A DNA stretch of 56,724 nt from Actinomycetes bacterium (GCA_025463905.1 JAODBJ010000325.1:1-56724), one strand, 5' to 3'; shown: positions 42,027-51,592, counted from the stretch's first letter. Translations and numbers: made by a program. Notes: a model not told the origin generated them from the sequence alone.

Positions 42027-42452
42027 TCACGCCACCGGCTGGCGGCGTTTGAACGCGAGCACTCGTCGGGCGACGTCGTGGAGGGTGACCTCGTCGAGCA
42101 GTTCGGCGAGCCGGGGGAACAGGTCCTCTTCCTCCCACCGCATGTGCACGTCGACGTCGTAGCGCAATTCGAAGATCAACTCGTCGAGCGCGTCACCCCG
42201 GGTGTCCTCCGCCTCGGCGACGAAGTCCTTCACCTTCTCGTGATCATCTTCCGCCTCGTACGCCAACCGCTGCCCTCCGACGAGCGCGGTGCGCACGAGC
42301 GGGTACAGGAACGCCTCCTCGACGCAGGCGTGCAGAACGAGCGCGTCGCCGAGCCGCATCGCGACCTCGGGAGTACGCGACGCTTCGTAGTCGTCGAAGA
42401 GCGAAGTGATGATCCGGTGGTCGTCCATGAGCATCTGGATGATCGTCGCCAT
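42027..42452 (-). CDS. Hemerythrin-like domain protein (second copy)
   Basis: ORF 42027..43178 trimmed to the ATG at 42452. QMLMDDHRIITSLFDDYE, LHACVEEAFLYPLV, HMRWEEEDLFPRL. It lies 37 nt upstream of ligD on the same strand. Confidence 0.8.
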   Translation of the reverse strand: MATIIQMLMDDHRIITSLFDDYEASRTPEVAMRLGDALVLHACVEEAFLYPLVRTALVGGQRLAYEAEDDHEKVKDFVAEAEDTRGDALDELIFELRYDVDVHMRWEEEDLFPRLAELLDEVTLHDVARRVLAFKRRQPVA

Positions 42453-42765
42453 CGGCTGCCTTTCCGGTCGTTCTCCAACCTTGCTGGTCGCTACCCCATG
42501 GCACCCGTCTCCACGCATCCGCCTCACAACGCGTTGTGTATCGCATTCTTCGCAAAGAAGAAACGCATGGAGTGGGCGGTTTTCGTGTACAACAGGTTGA
42601 GCGGAGGTGTCGTAAGACACGAGCGGACCCTGTCCGGTCCCCCTGCAGGGGCGGCGGGGATCGAATGAGGTGTCGGCGCCGGTCGTCGCAGGCGTACGCA
42701 ACGCGGCGACCGGGCGCCACTCCCCGTTGCGAGTGTTGCACTCAGTGCGCGGCGCGCGTCCTGGC

Positions 42766-43887
42766 ATGATCGGACAGATGGTCACGGTCCACCCGCGCGT
42801 ACGTGAGCAGATGAACGCGTTCGGCGTCGACGTCGTCGTGTTATGTGGCGAGAACAATGTGGCGTACGCGACCGGAACGATTGCTCCGTCGCAGGAGCCC
42901 GGGCGCGCGGGCGCGACGCGCAGCGTCGCGCTGATCTCCCGCGATGAGCACGTGTTGCTGCGACCGTCGCCGCTCGACCTCGTCGACAACGCACGTGAAC
43001 TCGGCCGGGCGCTGACCGACTTCCCAGGTGTGGTTGCCATCGATGAGTACCCGTCGCTCCCGGTGCGCGACGCGTTGCGGGGCCGCACCCCGACCGACGC
43101 GAGCACGCTGCTGGCCCGGGCGAAGATCGTGAAGACCGGAACCGAAGTCGACCTCATCCGACGGGCGCAACGCATCAACGAATTGGCAATGGATGTCGTG
43201 CGGCCGCTGGCCGTCCCAGGCGCGAGTCAGTGCGATCTCACCTCGGCGTTCTTCCGCGCGATCTTCGAGCTGGGCGCGACGGGTAACACAGTGGACCCGG
43301 TGTGGGACATCGTGCCGCCCGAGCTCGCTCAGCTGTCGTGCACGCTCACGGGTCACCTGCCGTTTCCTGTACCGAGCGCGGATCGTGTGCTCGCCGACGG
43401 CGACGTGATCTTCAACGACACCGGCATCGATCTACAGGGCTGGGCGAGCGACTTCGGCCGGACGTGGACCGTCGGCCGGGCGCCCACCGCGCGTCAACTC
43501 GATCAGTTCGACCGTTGGTGCGCGGTCCTCAACACATGTATGGCGGCGATCAAGCCCGGTGCAACTGCGGCCGATGTCGCGCGCGCGGCAACCGAAGCGA
43601 ACCGCGGTGAACGGCCATGGTTTCCGCACCTCTATGTCGCGCACGGGCTCGGCACCGACAGCGCCGAGTTGCCGTTCTGCGGCACGGACCTTGGGCCGGC
43701 AGTGGAGGATCAGATAGTGCTCGCGCCCGGCATGGTCCTGGTGCTCGAACCGGTGATCTGGGACGACGGCTTCGGTGGCTACCGCGCCGAAGAAATCGTG
43801 TTGGTCACCGACGACGGCTGCGAACGTCTCACCGATTACACGTATGCGCCGTACACGAGTGCGCCCGTGCGGTCGGCCACCGCATGA
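42766..43887 (+). CDS. M24-family metallopeptidase (Xaa-Pro peptidase/creatinase fold)
   Basis: ORF 42670..43887, with the ATG at 42766. Metal-ligand pattern is present: NDTGIDLQGWASDFGRTW, HGLGTD, VLVLEP, YRAEEIVLVTDDG. Confidence 0.83.
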   Translation: MIGQMVTVHPRVREQMNAFGVDVVVLCGENNVAYATGTIAPSQEPGRAGATRSVALISRDEHVLLRPSPLDLVDNARELGRALTDFPGVVAIDEYPSLPVRDALRGRTPTDASTLLARAKIVKTGTEVDLIRRAQRINELAMDVVRPLAVPGASQCDLTSAFFRAIFELGATGNTVDPVWDIVPPELAQLSCTLTGHLPFPVPSADRVLADGDVIFNDTGIDLQGWASDFGRTWTVGRAPTARQLDQFDRWCAVLNTCMAAIKPGATAADVARAATEANRGERPWFPHLYVAHGLGTDSAELPFCGTDLGPAVEDQIVLAPGMVLVLEPVIWDDGFGGYRAEEIVLVTDDGCERLTDYTYAPYTSAPVRSATA

Positions 43888-44789
43888 CCGGATTGGCCCG
43901 TGTGCTCGACGCGATGCAGCGGCAAGGCGTCGACGTATTGTTGCTCGGTCGTGAACCGAACGCCCGCTTCGTATCGGGCGCGGCACGGTTGTTCCTCGCC
44001 GGCGAACGGGCATTCGCTCCGGGCTGCGTCGTTGTCGGCGCGACCGGCGCCGTCCATCTGCTTGCAGTGGGCGACGCGGGGATGCCGTCGCACGTACCGC
44101 GCACGAACCTCTATCCGATTTCGTGGAACCCCGGATCGCTCATGGCCGAGATCGCCCGCATGCCCAGCGTCGCGATGGCTCGCCGCATCGGTGTCGACGG
44201 CCTCACGCCGCTCTTCGAGCGCCTCATCGAGGCGTCGTTCCCGGCCGCCGACCTGATCGACGGTGAGGCGTTGATGCGCGCGGTTCGGCGCGTGAAGTCG
44301 GACGACGAGATCGCGACGATCCGGGGCGCGGTCGTCGTGGCCGAAGCGGCGATGCAGGCGGCGAGAGGTCGCGCGCGGGCGGGCGCAAGCGAGCCGGAGG
44401 TCGTGGCCGCCGCGATGGAAGCGATGGCCCTAGCGCGTGTGACCACCGCGTCGTTCGAGCCGCGTGTGCGCCGTGTCGACGGCATGACCGCGATCGACGT
44501 CGGGGTCCTCCTCGACGGTTGTGAGGGCGGCGTCGCGCGCACCGAGCCGGGAAGCGAGCAGCCCGCGGAACAACGCGACGCCATCGCACGATGCGTCGTC
44601 GGCACTCCGGCCGCGGAGGTCGCGCCAACCGGTTCGGTGCATGGGATCGGCTTCGGCTACGAGGTTCTCGAATCCGAGGCCAAATGCGAGGCCGGCATGG
44701 TGCTCTCGGTCGCGACCGGCGTCGTACGCGACCTCGTGCTCGTCACCGACGGTGCACCCGACGTTCTCACGACTGCGCCGTACGCGTGA
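43884..44789 (+). CDS. M24-like paralog, probably catalytically degenerate
   Basis: The ATG at 43884 overlaps the upstream TGA (ATGA). Creatinase-like N-terminus: QRQGVDVLLLGREPNARFVSG. The C-terminal pita-bread region lacks the Glu-Pro and Glu ligand positions (SVATGVVRDLVLVTDG). Confidence 0.68.
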   Translation: MTGLARVLDAMQRQGVDVLLLGREPNARFVSGAARLFLAGERAFAPGCVVVGATGAVHLLAVGDAGMPSHVPRTNLYPISWNPGSLMAEIARMPSVAMARRIGVDGLTPLFERLIEASFPAADLIDGEALMRAVRRVKSDDEIATIRGAVVVAEAAMQAARGRARAGASEPEVVAAAMEAMALARVTTASFEPRVRRVDGMTAIDVGVLLDGCEGGVARTEPGSEQPAEQRDAIARCVVGTPAAEVAPTGSVHGIGFGYEVLESEAKCEAGMVLSVATGVVRDLVLVTDGAPDVLTTAPYA

Positions 44790-44846
44790 GTAGGCCGCCC
44801 CCGAGCGTCGACCGCTCAGCCTGCGTCGAACCTTGGTGAATTCCGC

Positions 44847-45497
44847 GTGACAGGATGCACACGAGTGGAACAGGGCAGCGAGGATCCGGGCAACGACGAA
44901 CCGGGGCCCGAGAGGGATTCCGCGCCAGATAGCCCCGACCGTCCCGACCGTGCCGCCCGGCTGCGCCAGCGGCGCCGGCGCGGTGTTCGCCAGACGATCG
45001 AATGGGTGATCCTGATCGGTGGCGCGCTTCTCGTCGCGCTGATCGTGAAAACCTTCCTGTTTCAGGCCTTCTACATCCCCTCCGACTCGATGGTGCCGAC
45101 GCTCAAGCGGCACGACCGGGTGCTCGTGAACAAGCTGTCGTACAAGCTCCATGCGGTTCACCGAGGCGACATCGTCGTGTTCAAGAAACCGCCGAAGGAA
45201 TCGCTCGACATCAAAGACCTCGTGAAGCGCGTCGTCGGTCTCCCCGGCGAGACGGTCGAAGCGCACGACAACCACGTCTACGTCAACGGAAAGCAATTGA
45301 AGGAGTCTTACCTGCCGGTCGGCACCGTGCAGCGCGCCTTCTCGCCGCAGACGGTGCCGCGTGACTCGATATGGGTGATGGGCGACAACCGCGAAGGATC
45401 AGAAGACTCACGCGTTTTCGGCCCGATCAAGAAGTCGAGCATCGTCGGGCGCGTGTTCGTGCGGATATGGCCGCTCAACCGCCTGCACTTCTTCTGA
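44847..45497 (+). CDS. lepB: Signal peptidase I
   Basis: 216 aa. TM segment WVILIGGALLVALIV. Catalytic Ser box IPSDSMVPTL. RGDIVVFK, KRVVGLPGE and GDNREGSEDSR. Confidence 0.9.
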   Translation: MTGCTRVEQGSEDPGNDEPGPERDSAPDSPDRPDRAARLRQRRRRGVRQTIEWVILIGGALLVALIVKTFLFQAFYIPSDSMVPTLKRHDRVLVNKLSYKLHAVHRGDIVVFKKPPKESLDIKDLVKRVVGLPGETVEAHDNHVYVNGKQLKESYLPVGTVQRAFSPQTVPRDSIWVMGDNREGSEDSRVFGPIKKSSIVGRVFVRIWPLNRLHFF

Positions 45498-45519
45498 TCA
45501 GCGCGCTCGCTGCGCTCGC

Positions 45520-46944
45520 TCAGCCTCGCGCGCAGGACGCGCCGAGTGTCCGGTCGGTGGCGGTCCATCCGGGCGCGTCGCCCTCGGGCCAGTAGTCGCC
45601 GGTGTTCGGATCTTGGGTGTACTCGACCGGCGCGGGCGCTCCACTCGCGATTTCGGTGACCGCACGTAAGAGCCCATCGATGTCGGTAACGGTCGTCGAG
45701 AGACCGGCACTGGCACGGATAGCACCCGGCACGCTGCGGCGATCGCCGCGCAAGACGTCGTCCCGATAGCTCGCGATCTCCTCGTCTGACAGGTCGAGCA
45801 ACCGCATCAGGTACGGGTGCGCGCAGAAGCAGCCGTGCCTCACACCGATGCCGTACTCGGCACTCAATCGCGCGGCCACGAGTGCGTGTGAGAGGCCGTC
45901 GATCACGAACGTGGCGATCGGCAGCGTGTCGACGTCGAGACCTGGCCCGAGCAGGCGCAGGCCGGGAACGGCGGCCAGGCCGCGGCGAAGCTGCTGCGCG
46001 AGTGCATCGTCGTGCGCGGTGATCGCGTCCCACCCGTAGCCGGTGAGCGCGTCGATTGCAACGCGCAGCGCGACGGCGCCGAGGACGTTGGGCGAGCCGG
46101 CTTCTTCACGTTCGGGCGGGTCGGTCCACGCGACTTCGTCGAGGTCGACCAGATCGACGGCGCCGCCACCGGCGAGGAACGGGTCGCCCTCGGTGAACGT
46201 CGCGCGCGGTCCGACGAGCATGCCCGAACCGAACGGCGCGTACATCTTGTGCCCGCTCCACGCGACGTAGTCGGCATCGGCCGGGAGCGCGCGGTGGGGC
46301 GCGAGTTGTGCGCCGTCGACGAACACCGGTACGCCGCGTTCGTGCGCCGCCGCAACGATGTCGTCGATCGGTGGAAGCCAACCGGTGACGTTCGACGCGC
46401 CGGTGATGGCGAGTAGGCGCGGTCGCGGATTCGCGTCGAGGGCCACGACGACGTCTTCCACGCTGAACGTGCCGTCGAGCGAGCACGGCACGAACCGCCG
46501 CTCGCAAACGCGCGCCCAGGGCAGAAGGTTCGCGTGGTGCTCGACCACGGTCGTCGCGATCACGTCGTGCGGATCGAGACGCAGCCGGTACGCGAGGTGG
46601 TTGATCGCCTCCGTGGTGTTGCGCACGATGATCGCGATGTCGGTGCCGCCAGCGACCCGTCCGGCGAACGACAGCGCGCTCGCGCGGGCCTCTTCGTACG
46701 CAGTGGTGGCGAAGCGCGACTTGTAACCCGCGCCGCGGTGCACGCTCGAGTACCACGGGAGGAACGCTTCGACCGCCCGTGCGACGGCGGGGAGCGCATT
46801 CGTCGACGCGGCCGAGTCGAGGTTCACATACGGACGCTCGCGGCCGTCGATGCACGGTACGAGCACATGATCGCCGACCAGCGCGATGTCGATCCCGGCA
46901 GCGTAGACATGTTTTCCGCTGTCCCGTGTGCGATGGCATGGCAC
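45520..46944 (-). CDS. Aminotransferase class V-fold PLP-dependent enzyme (cysteine desulfurase-like)
   Basis: ORF 45520..47046. [49 protein letters not shown], and [12 protein letters not shown] (PLP lysine). The start is uncertain. The GTG at 46944 avoids overlap with the divergent hydrolase gene. Confidence 0.82.
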   Translation of the reverse strand: MPCHRTRDSGKHVYAAGIDIALVGDHVLVPCIDGRERPYVNLDSAASTNALPAVARAVEAFLPWYSSVHRGAGYKSRFATTAYEEARASALSFAGRVAGGTDIAIIVRNTTEAINHLAYRLRLDPHDVIATTVVEHHANLLPWARVCERRFVPCSLDGTFSVEDVVVALDANPRPRLLAITGASNVTGWLPPIDDIVAAAHERGVPVFVDGAQLAPHRALPADADYVAWSGHKMYAPFGSGMLVGPRATFTEGDPFLAGGGAVDLVDLDEVAWTDPPEREEAGSPNVLGAVALRVAIDALTGYGWDAITAHDDALAQQLRRGLAAVPGLRLLGPGLDVDTLPIATFVIDGLSHALVAARLSAEYGIGVRHGCFCAHPYLMRLLDLSDEEIASYRDDVLRGDRRSVPGAIRASAGLSTTVTDIDGLLRAVTEIASGAPAPVEYTQDPNTGDYWPEGDAPGWTATDRTLGASCARG

Positions 46945-46973
46945 TCGGGGTGCGCAGCGATCAGACTCGGCGG

Positions 46974-47702
46974 ATGGCTGAGGTGCATATCCCGATCGAC
47001 GGCGGAATGCCGGCGTATTTCGCGGTGCCGTCCGGCGAGGGCCCATGGCCGGGCGTGGTCGTGATCCACGACGCGCTGGGCATGAGTCGCGACGCGCGTA
47101 ACCAGGCCGACTGGCTGGCGAGCGAGGGATACCTCGCGGTTGCGCCCGACTTGTTCTATCGGGGCCGCCGGATCACGTGCATCCGTTCGGTGATTCGCGA
47201 CCTGCGCGCCCGGGAAGGCCGGTCCTTCGACGACATCGAAGCGGCGCGCACCTGGCTGAACGTCGACGACCGCTGCACGGGCAAGATCGGCGTCATCGGT
47301 TTCTGCATGGGCGGCGGGTTCGCGCTGCTCCTCGCGCCCGGTCACGGGTTCGCCGCGTCGAGCGTGAACTACGGCGCGCTCCCGCGAGACGCCGCCACAT
47401 TCTTCGCCGGCGCGTGCCCGATCGTCGGGAGCTTCGGCGCGAAGGATCGCGGTCTGCGCGGCGCGGCCGCGAAGCTCGAGGAGGCGCTCACCGCGAACAA
47501 CGTGGAACACGACGTCAAGGAGTACGCCGACGCGGGGCATTCGTTCCTCAACGACCACGCCGGTGATGCTCAGCCGCTCATGTTCGTGCTGCTCGGCAAG
47601 TTCGTGGCCGCCGGCTACCACGAACCGTCGGCGCAGGACGCCCGCCGCCGCATCACCTCATTCTTCGCAACGCACCTGCGCCACGACCCCCACTCGTTTT
47701 GA
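46974..47702 (+). CDS. Dienelactone hydrolase family protein
   Basis: ORF 46779..47702 trimmed to the ATG at 46974. [26 protein letters not shown], nucleophile motif [13 protein letters not shown], and YADAGHSF. The stop codon lies inside repeat copy 3. Confidence 0.85.
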   Translation: MAEVHIPIDGGMPAYFAVPSGEGPWPGVVVIHDALGMSRDARNQADWLASEGYLAVAPDLFYRGRRITCIRSVIRDLRAREGRSFDDIEAARTWLNVDDRCTGKIGVIGFCMGGGFALLLAPGHGFAASSVNYGALPRDAATFFAGACPIVGSFGAKDRGLRGAAAKLEEALTANNVEHDVKEYADAGHSFLNDHAGDAQPLMFVLLGKFVAAGYHEPSAQDARRRITSFFATHLRHDPHSF

Positions 47703-47744
47703 TCTCAGAAACCAACCGCTTTCGGTGTCCTTCTGAGATCAAAA
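47697..47744 (-). repeat. 48-bp palindromic intergenic element, copy 3 (inverted orientation)
   Basis: TTTTGATCTCAGAAA (47697-47711), loop, then TTCTGAGATCAAAA (47731-47744). The reverse complement reads TTTTGATCTCAGAAGGACACCGAAAGCGGTTGGTTTCTGAGATCAAAACGAGTG. That is identical to copy 1 over GGTTTCTGAGATCAAAACGAGT. Confidence 0.85.
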
Positions 47745-47748
47745 GGAG

Positions 47749-48141
47749 TCAGCCACGGGCGTTGACGGTGTCGGGTTCGATGGTGATGACCCAACGGACA
47801 GTGCCGGGCGGGTCGTGGCTCCCCGCATCGTCCGAGTACTTCTCGCCGATCTTGTTCTGCAAGACGAGACCTTCATCGACGGCGGCGGTCGCGGTGCCAC
47901 GAACTTCGAGGGTCCGTTGCGCGTTTGCAGGGTCGATGAACAGCAACGTCACTCGAGGATCAGCCTGGAGGTTCCGAAGCTTCTTGCGGGTACCGGCCGA
48001 TGAGATCTTGAGCTTGCCGTCGTCGTCGAGCAGGTACCAGATCGCGGTCGACTGCAGCGGTCCTGCCGGCGTGACGGTGGTGAGCACGGCGACGCCGGGT
48101 GCGTCGAGCAGGTCTTTGTGGGAAGCGGGGAACGAGGCCAT
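47749..48141 (-). CDS. PPOX-class (pyridoxamine 5'-phosphate oxidase-like, probably F420-dependent) protein
   Basis: ORF 47749..48552 trimmed to the ATG at 48141 (RBS GGAG). SHKDLLDAPGVAVLTTVTPAGPLQSTAIWY, KISSAGTRKKLRNLQADPRVTLL. Confidence 0.75.
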   Translation of the reverse strand: MASFPASHKDLLDAPGVAVLTTVTPAGPLQSTAIWYLLDDDGKLKISSAGTRKKLRNLQADPRVTLLFIDPANAQRTLEVRGTATAAVDEGLVLQNKIGEKYSDDAGSHDPPGTVRWVITIEPDTVNARG

Positions 48142-48259
48142 GGATCTCCTTCGATCGGCGTAACACCCAAACCCGTAACCGCGGCGCGGTGCGCTTCGAT
48201 TCCTTGTCACGATTACATCAACGTCACATACGACACGATTCGAGTACGGTCCGGCCCCG

Positions 48260-49618
48260 ATGCCTGAGCGGATCGATGCGGACGTTTGCGTCGTCGGAGC
48301 CGGGTATGCCGGACTCACGTCCGCCCGGCGTCTGAGCCAAAACGGCAAGTCGGTCGTGGTGCTCGAAGCGCGTGACCGCGTTGGCGGCCGGATCTGGACG
48401 CAGCATCTGTCCGACGGCTCACCGGTTGACCGCGGCGGCGCGTGGCTCGGTCCCAAGCACGATGCGATCTTCGCCCTCGCGCACGAGGTCGGCGTGTCGA
48501 CGTACAAGACGTGGGTGAAGGGTGCGCACCTGCTCGTCGAAGGCGATCGCACGCGCCGTTATACGGGCCTCATCCCGAAGATCAGTCCCCTCGCGATCGC
48601 GACGCTCGCGTTGGCGCAGGCGAAGATCGATCGGCTCTCGAAGCAGGTTCCGCTTGACGCACCGTGGACGGCGAAGCGCGCCGCCGAATGGGACGCGCGT
48701 TCGGTGGCCTGGTGGCTCGAGCGATCCGGCATCCGAACCACCATCGCACGCGACCTGTTCGAAATGGCCGTGCGCGGGTTGTTCACCGGTGACCTCAACG
48801 ACACATCGTTCCTGCATTTGCTGTTTCTCGTGCGCGGGCACGGAAGCATCAACACGCTCTTCTCGATCAAAGGCGGCTCGCAGGAAAACATGGTCGACGG
48901 TGGCGCTGGATCAATTGCGCAACGGGTCGCCGGCGACTTGGGAGACGCGGTGCGCTTGAACGCACCTGTCCGTTCGATCACGCAACACGACGATCACGTC
49001 GTCGTCGAGGCCGGCGACGTGGTGGTGTCCGCTCGCCATGCGGTCGTCTCGGTTCCGCCGGCACTCGCCGGCGACATCGAATTTGATCCGGTTCTCCCGG
49101 CTGATCGCGTGGCGCTGTACCGCGCCGCTATCGCCGGTCCGGAGTCGAAGACGCTCGTGGTGTATGACGAGCCGTTCTGGCGCGCCGACGGCTTCAGCGG
49201 CCAAACGTCCCAGCCGGGCTCGGCCGCCGAAGTGACCCTCGACGCGTCACCAGCATCCGGAAGCCCCGGTGTCATTGCATCGTTCACATTCGGGCCGGTT
49301 GCAACCCGGTTCGACGCACTCGATCCGACCGAACGCCGGCGCGCGGTACTCGCCGCGCTCACCGCGAGGCTCGGGCCCCGTGCGGCATCACCCACGGAAT
49401 TCGTCGAGACGGCGTGGTGGTCGGAAGAGTGGACGCGCGGCTGCTCGATGGCGCACTTTCCGCCTGGGATTCTCACGCGCTACGGACCTCTGCTGCGCGA
49501 GCCGTTCGGACGGGTGCACTGGGCCGGCACGGAAACGTCGACGACATCGCACGGTTCGATCGACGGCGCGGTCCGCTCCGGCGAACGCACCGCCGCCGAA
49601 ATCCTCGACCGCACATAA
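48260..49618 (+). CDS. Flavin monoamine oxidase family protein (FAD-dependent amine oxidase)
   Basis: 452 aa. Dinucleotide fold DVCVVGAGYAGLTSARRL...VVVLEARDRVGGR. C-terminal VHWAGTETSTTSHGSIDGAVRSGERTAAEI. Confidence 0.88.
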   Translation: MPERIDADVCVVGAGYAGLTSARRLSQNGKSVVVLEARDRVGGRIWTQHLSDGSPVDRGGAWLGPKHDAIFALAHEVGVSTYKTWVKGAHLLVEGDRTRRYTGLIPKISPLAIATLALAQAKIDRLSKQVPLDAPWTAKRAAEWDARSVAWWLERSGIRTTIARDLFEMAVRGLFTGDLNDTSFLHLLFLVRGHGSINTLFSIKGGSQENMVDGGAGSIAQRVAGDLGDAVRLNAPVRSITQHDDHVVVEAGDVVVSARHAVVSVPPALAGDIEFDPVLPADRVALYRAAIAGPESKTLVVYDEPFWRADGFSGQTSQPGSAAEVTLDASPASGSPGVIASFTFGPVATRFDALDPTERRRAVLAALTARLGPRAASPTEFVETAWWSEEWTRGCSMAHFPPGILTRYGPLLREPFGRVHWAGTETSTTSHGSIDGAVRSGERTAAEILDRT

Positions 49619-49676
49619 GCGACGCCAACAGCCGACGAACGGCCGGACACGAGTACCCGTTGGGGGACCGGCAGCG

Positions 49677-50075
49677 TCAGGTGGTTGGCCGCAGCGTGGC
49701 GACGCGGCGATTCAAGGCATCTACGCCGTATACGCCATCGCGTTCGCCGAGGACGCGCACCGCCACGCGTGAGCCGTCGGTCAGGAGCAGCGTTGCCGTC
49801 GCCGGGCGGAGGAACGCAAAGATGCCGGCGGTCTCAGTGGTGACGAATCGGTCGACCTGCTCGAGTGGGATCACCTTGACGGCCTGCGGAAAGTTGCGGA
49901 TCTCCACGCCGGCCGAGGTGATCCGCAACGAGCTCAACCGCACGAACACGAACGAAGCGACCACGGCCGCGCCGATAAGGATGAGCGGAAGGAACAGCAG
50001 CCAGAACACGCAAGAAATATTGCACCATGCTGTCGTGCCCGCTGGTTGCCGTTCGTCGTCATGATGGAACGGCAC
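49677..50075 (-). CDS. Small membrane-anchored hypothetical protein (bacterial PH-domain-like)
   Basis: 132 aa. One hydrophobic stretch (VFWLLFLPLILIGAAVVASFVFV) is followed by a beta-rich soluble part. The start is uncertain because only 14 nt separate it from the divergent YCII gene. Confidence 0.5.
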   Translation of the reverse strand: MPFHHDDERQPAGTTAWCNISCVFWLLFLPLILIGAAVVASFVFVRLSSLRITSAGVEIRNFPQAVKVIPLEQVDRFVTTETAGIFAFLRPATATLLLTDGSRVAVRVLGERDGVYGVDALNRRVATLRPTT

Positions 50076-50089
50076 TACGAGGAGGACCT

Positions 50090-50443
50090 ATGCGATACCT
50101 GTTGATGATCTGCACGGACGAAACCTGGCTGGGCGCGCTGAGCCCCGAAGAGAGCGCCGCGATGTCGGCCGAATACGGCAAGTTCAACGAAGAGATTGGC
50201 GGTCGCGGCCAGCTCCAGGGCGGCGAACGCTTGCACCCGACGACGACTGCCACGTCGGTGCAGGTACGTGACGGCGATGTCATCGTCTCCGACGGGCCGT
50301 TCGCCGAGACCAAGGAACAGATGGGCGGCTACTACCTCGTCGACTGCAAGGACGCCGACGAGGCGATCGAGATCGCCGCGAAGATCCCGGGCGCCCGCTA
50401 CGGCACGATCGAAGTGCGACCCATATGGGAATTCCAGATGTAA
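50090..50443 (+). CDS. YCII-related (DGPF) domain protein
   Basis: ORF 50027..50443 trimmed to the ATG at 50090, after GGAGGA. MRYLLMICTDE, VSDGPFAETKEQMGGYYLVDCKDADEAIEIAAKIP. Confidence 0.85.
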   Translation: MRYLLMICTDETWLGALSPEESAAMSAEYGKFNEEIGGRGQLQGGERLHPTTTATSVQVRDGDVIVSDGPFAETKEQMGGYYLVDCKDADEAIEIAAKIPGARYGTIEVRPIWEFQM

Positions 50444-50512
50444 TCGCGGCGAGGCCTGGGGCGTCGGCGGGCGGGTGCGCCCTAGTCTCGCGACACCAGG
50501 AGAAGGGGCGGT

Positions 50513-51508
50513 ATGAGCGACGCGACGAAGGTCAGCGCGGCGGCTGAGGATCTCGGGTTCGAACAGCACCGGGCCGAACTGACCGGCTACTGCTACCGGA
50601 TGCTCGGATCCGTGTTCGAGGCCGAGGACGCGGTGCAAGAGACGCTGGTCCGCGCGTGGCGCGCCTTCGACAGTTTCGAGGGTCGCGCCGCGGTACGGAC
50701 GTGGCTCTATCGCATCGCGACGAACGTGTGTCTCACGATGTTGCAGGGCCGGCAGCGCCGCGCGCTCCCGATGGATCTCACACCGTCGTGGCGCGGCGAC
50801 GGCCCGGTCGACGGTCCGCTTCCGGAGAACACGTGGATCCAGCCGATCCCCGACAGCCAGCTGCGCGCGCTCGATGCAGATCCCGCTGAGCAAGCCGTCG
50901 CGCGCGAAACGATCCGCATTGCGTTCGTCGCCGCGCTGCAGCATCTCCCACCGCGCCAACGTGCGGTGCTGATTCTGCGCGAGGTGCTGCGGTGGCAGGC
51001 GACCGAAGTTGCCGAGTTGCTCGACACCACGGTCGTGTCGGTCAATAGCGCGCTGCAACGCGCTCGGACGACTCTTGCCGCGAGCAACGTCACTTCCGAC
51101 GATGCGGCCGCACCGATGGACGAAGAGCAGCGCGTGTTGCTGGCGCGTTACCTCGAAGCGTTCGAGCGGTTCGATGTCGACGCGCTCGTGTCGTTGCTCC
51201 ACGAGGACGCGACCTTGTCGATGCCGCCGTTCGCGCTGTGGCTGCAGGGCCACGCCGAGATCCGCAAATGGTGGTTCGGCGAAGGCGCAGGGTGCCGCGG
51301 ATCGCGGCTCGCGCCGACGATGGCGAATGGTTCACCCGCGTTCGGGCAGTGGCGGCCGAGCGGCCCCGACGGCGCCTTCGAACCGTGGTCGATCCACGTC
51401 CTCGACATTGCGGGCGGCCGGATCCGCTCGGTCGAGTACTTCGTCGACGAGAAGCTGTTCCCGCTCTTCGATCTCGCTCAGCCGATGGTTACGGGGTGCG
51501 GCTCGTAA
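50513..51508 (+). CDS. ECF-type sigma-70 factor with a C-terminal NTF2/SnoaL-like extension (ECF41-like)
   Basis: 331 aa. Region 2: HRAELTGYCYRMLGSVFEAEDAVQETLVRAWRAFDSF...RTWLYRIATNVCL. Region 4: LPPRQRAVLILREVLRWQATEVAELLDTTVVSVNSALQRAR. The C-terminal 130 aa are SnoaL-like. Confidence 0.87.
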   Translation: MSDATKVSAAAEDLGFEQHRAELTGYCYRMLGSVFEAEDAVQETLVRAWRAFDSFEGRAAVRTWLYRIATNVCLTMLQGRQRRALPMDLTPSWRGDGPVDGPLPENTWIQPIPDSQLRALDADPAEQAVARETIRIAFVAALQHLPPRQRAVLILREVLRWQATEVAELLDTTVVSVNSALQRARTTLAASNVTSDDAAAPMDEEQRVLLARYLEAFERFDVDALVSLLHEDATLSMPPFALWLQGHAEIRKWWFGEGAGCRGSRLAPTMANGSPAFGQWRPSGPDGAFEPWSIHVLDIAGGRIRSVEYFVDEKLFPLFDLAQPMVTGCGS

Positions 51509-51592
51509 AGCGCGATCGGCACGCCGGCGAAGCCGATGAAGTTGAGGCCGTCGCCGAAGGCCGGCTGCGCCGCCGCGCCGCGTGAACCTCGG

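Noticed and set aside
42491-42496. GGGTAG (minus strand) upstream of the second hemerythrin gene, with GCGTGG nearby
   Set aside because: The spacing from the GCGT-like element is only 14 nt and the TT of the -35 is missing. It does not fit the N15-17 geometry of the other sites.
42640-42651. 12-bp perfect palindrome CCCCTGCAGGGG in the hemerythrin/M24 intergenic region
   Set aside because: It is short, GC-only and unique in the window, so it is plausibly chance in GC-rich DNA. There is not enough evidence to call it a binding site.
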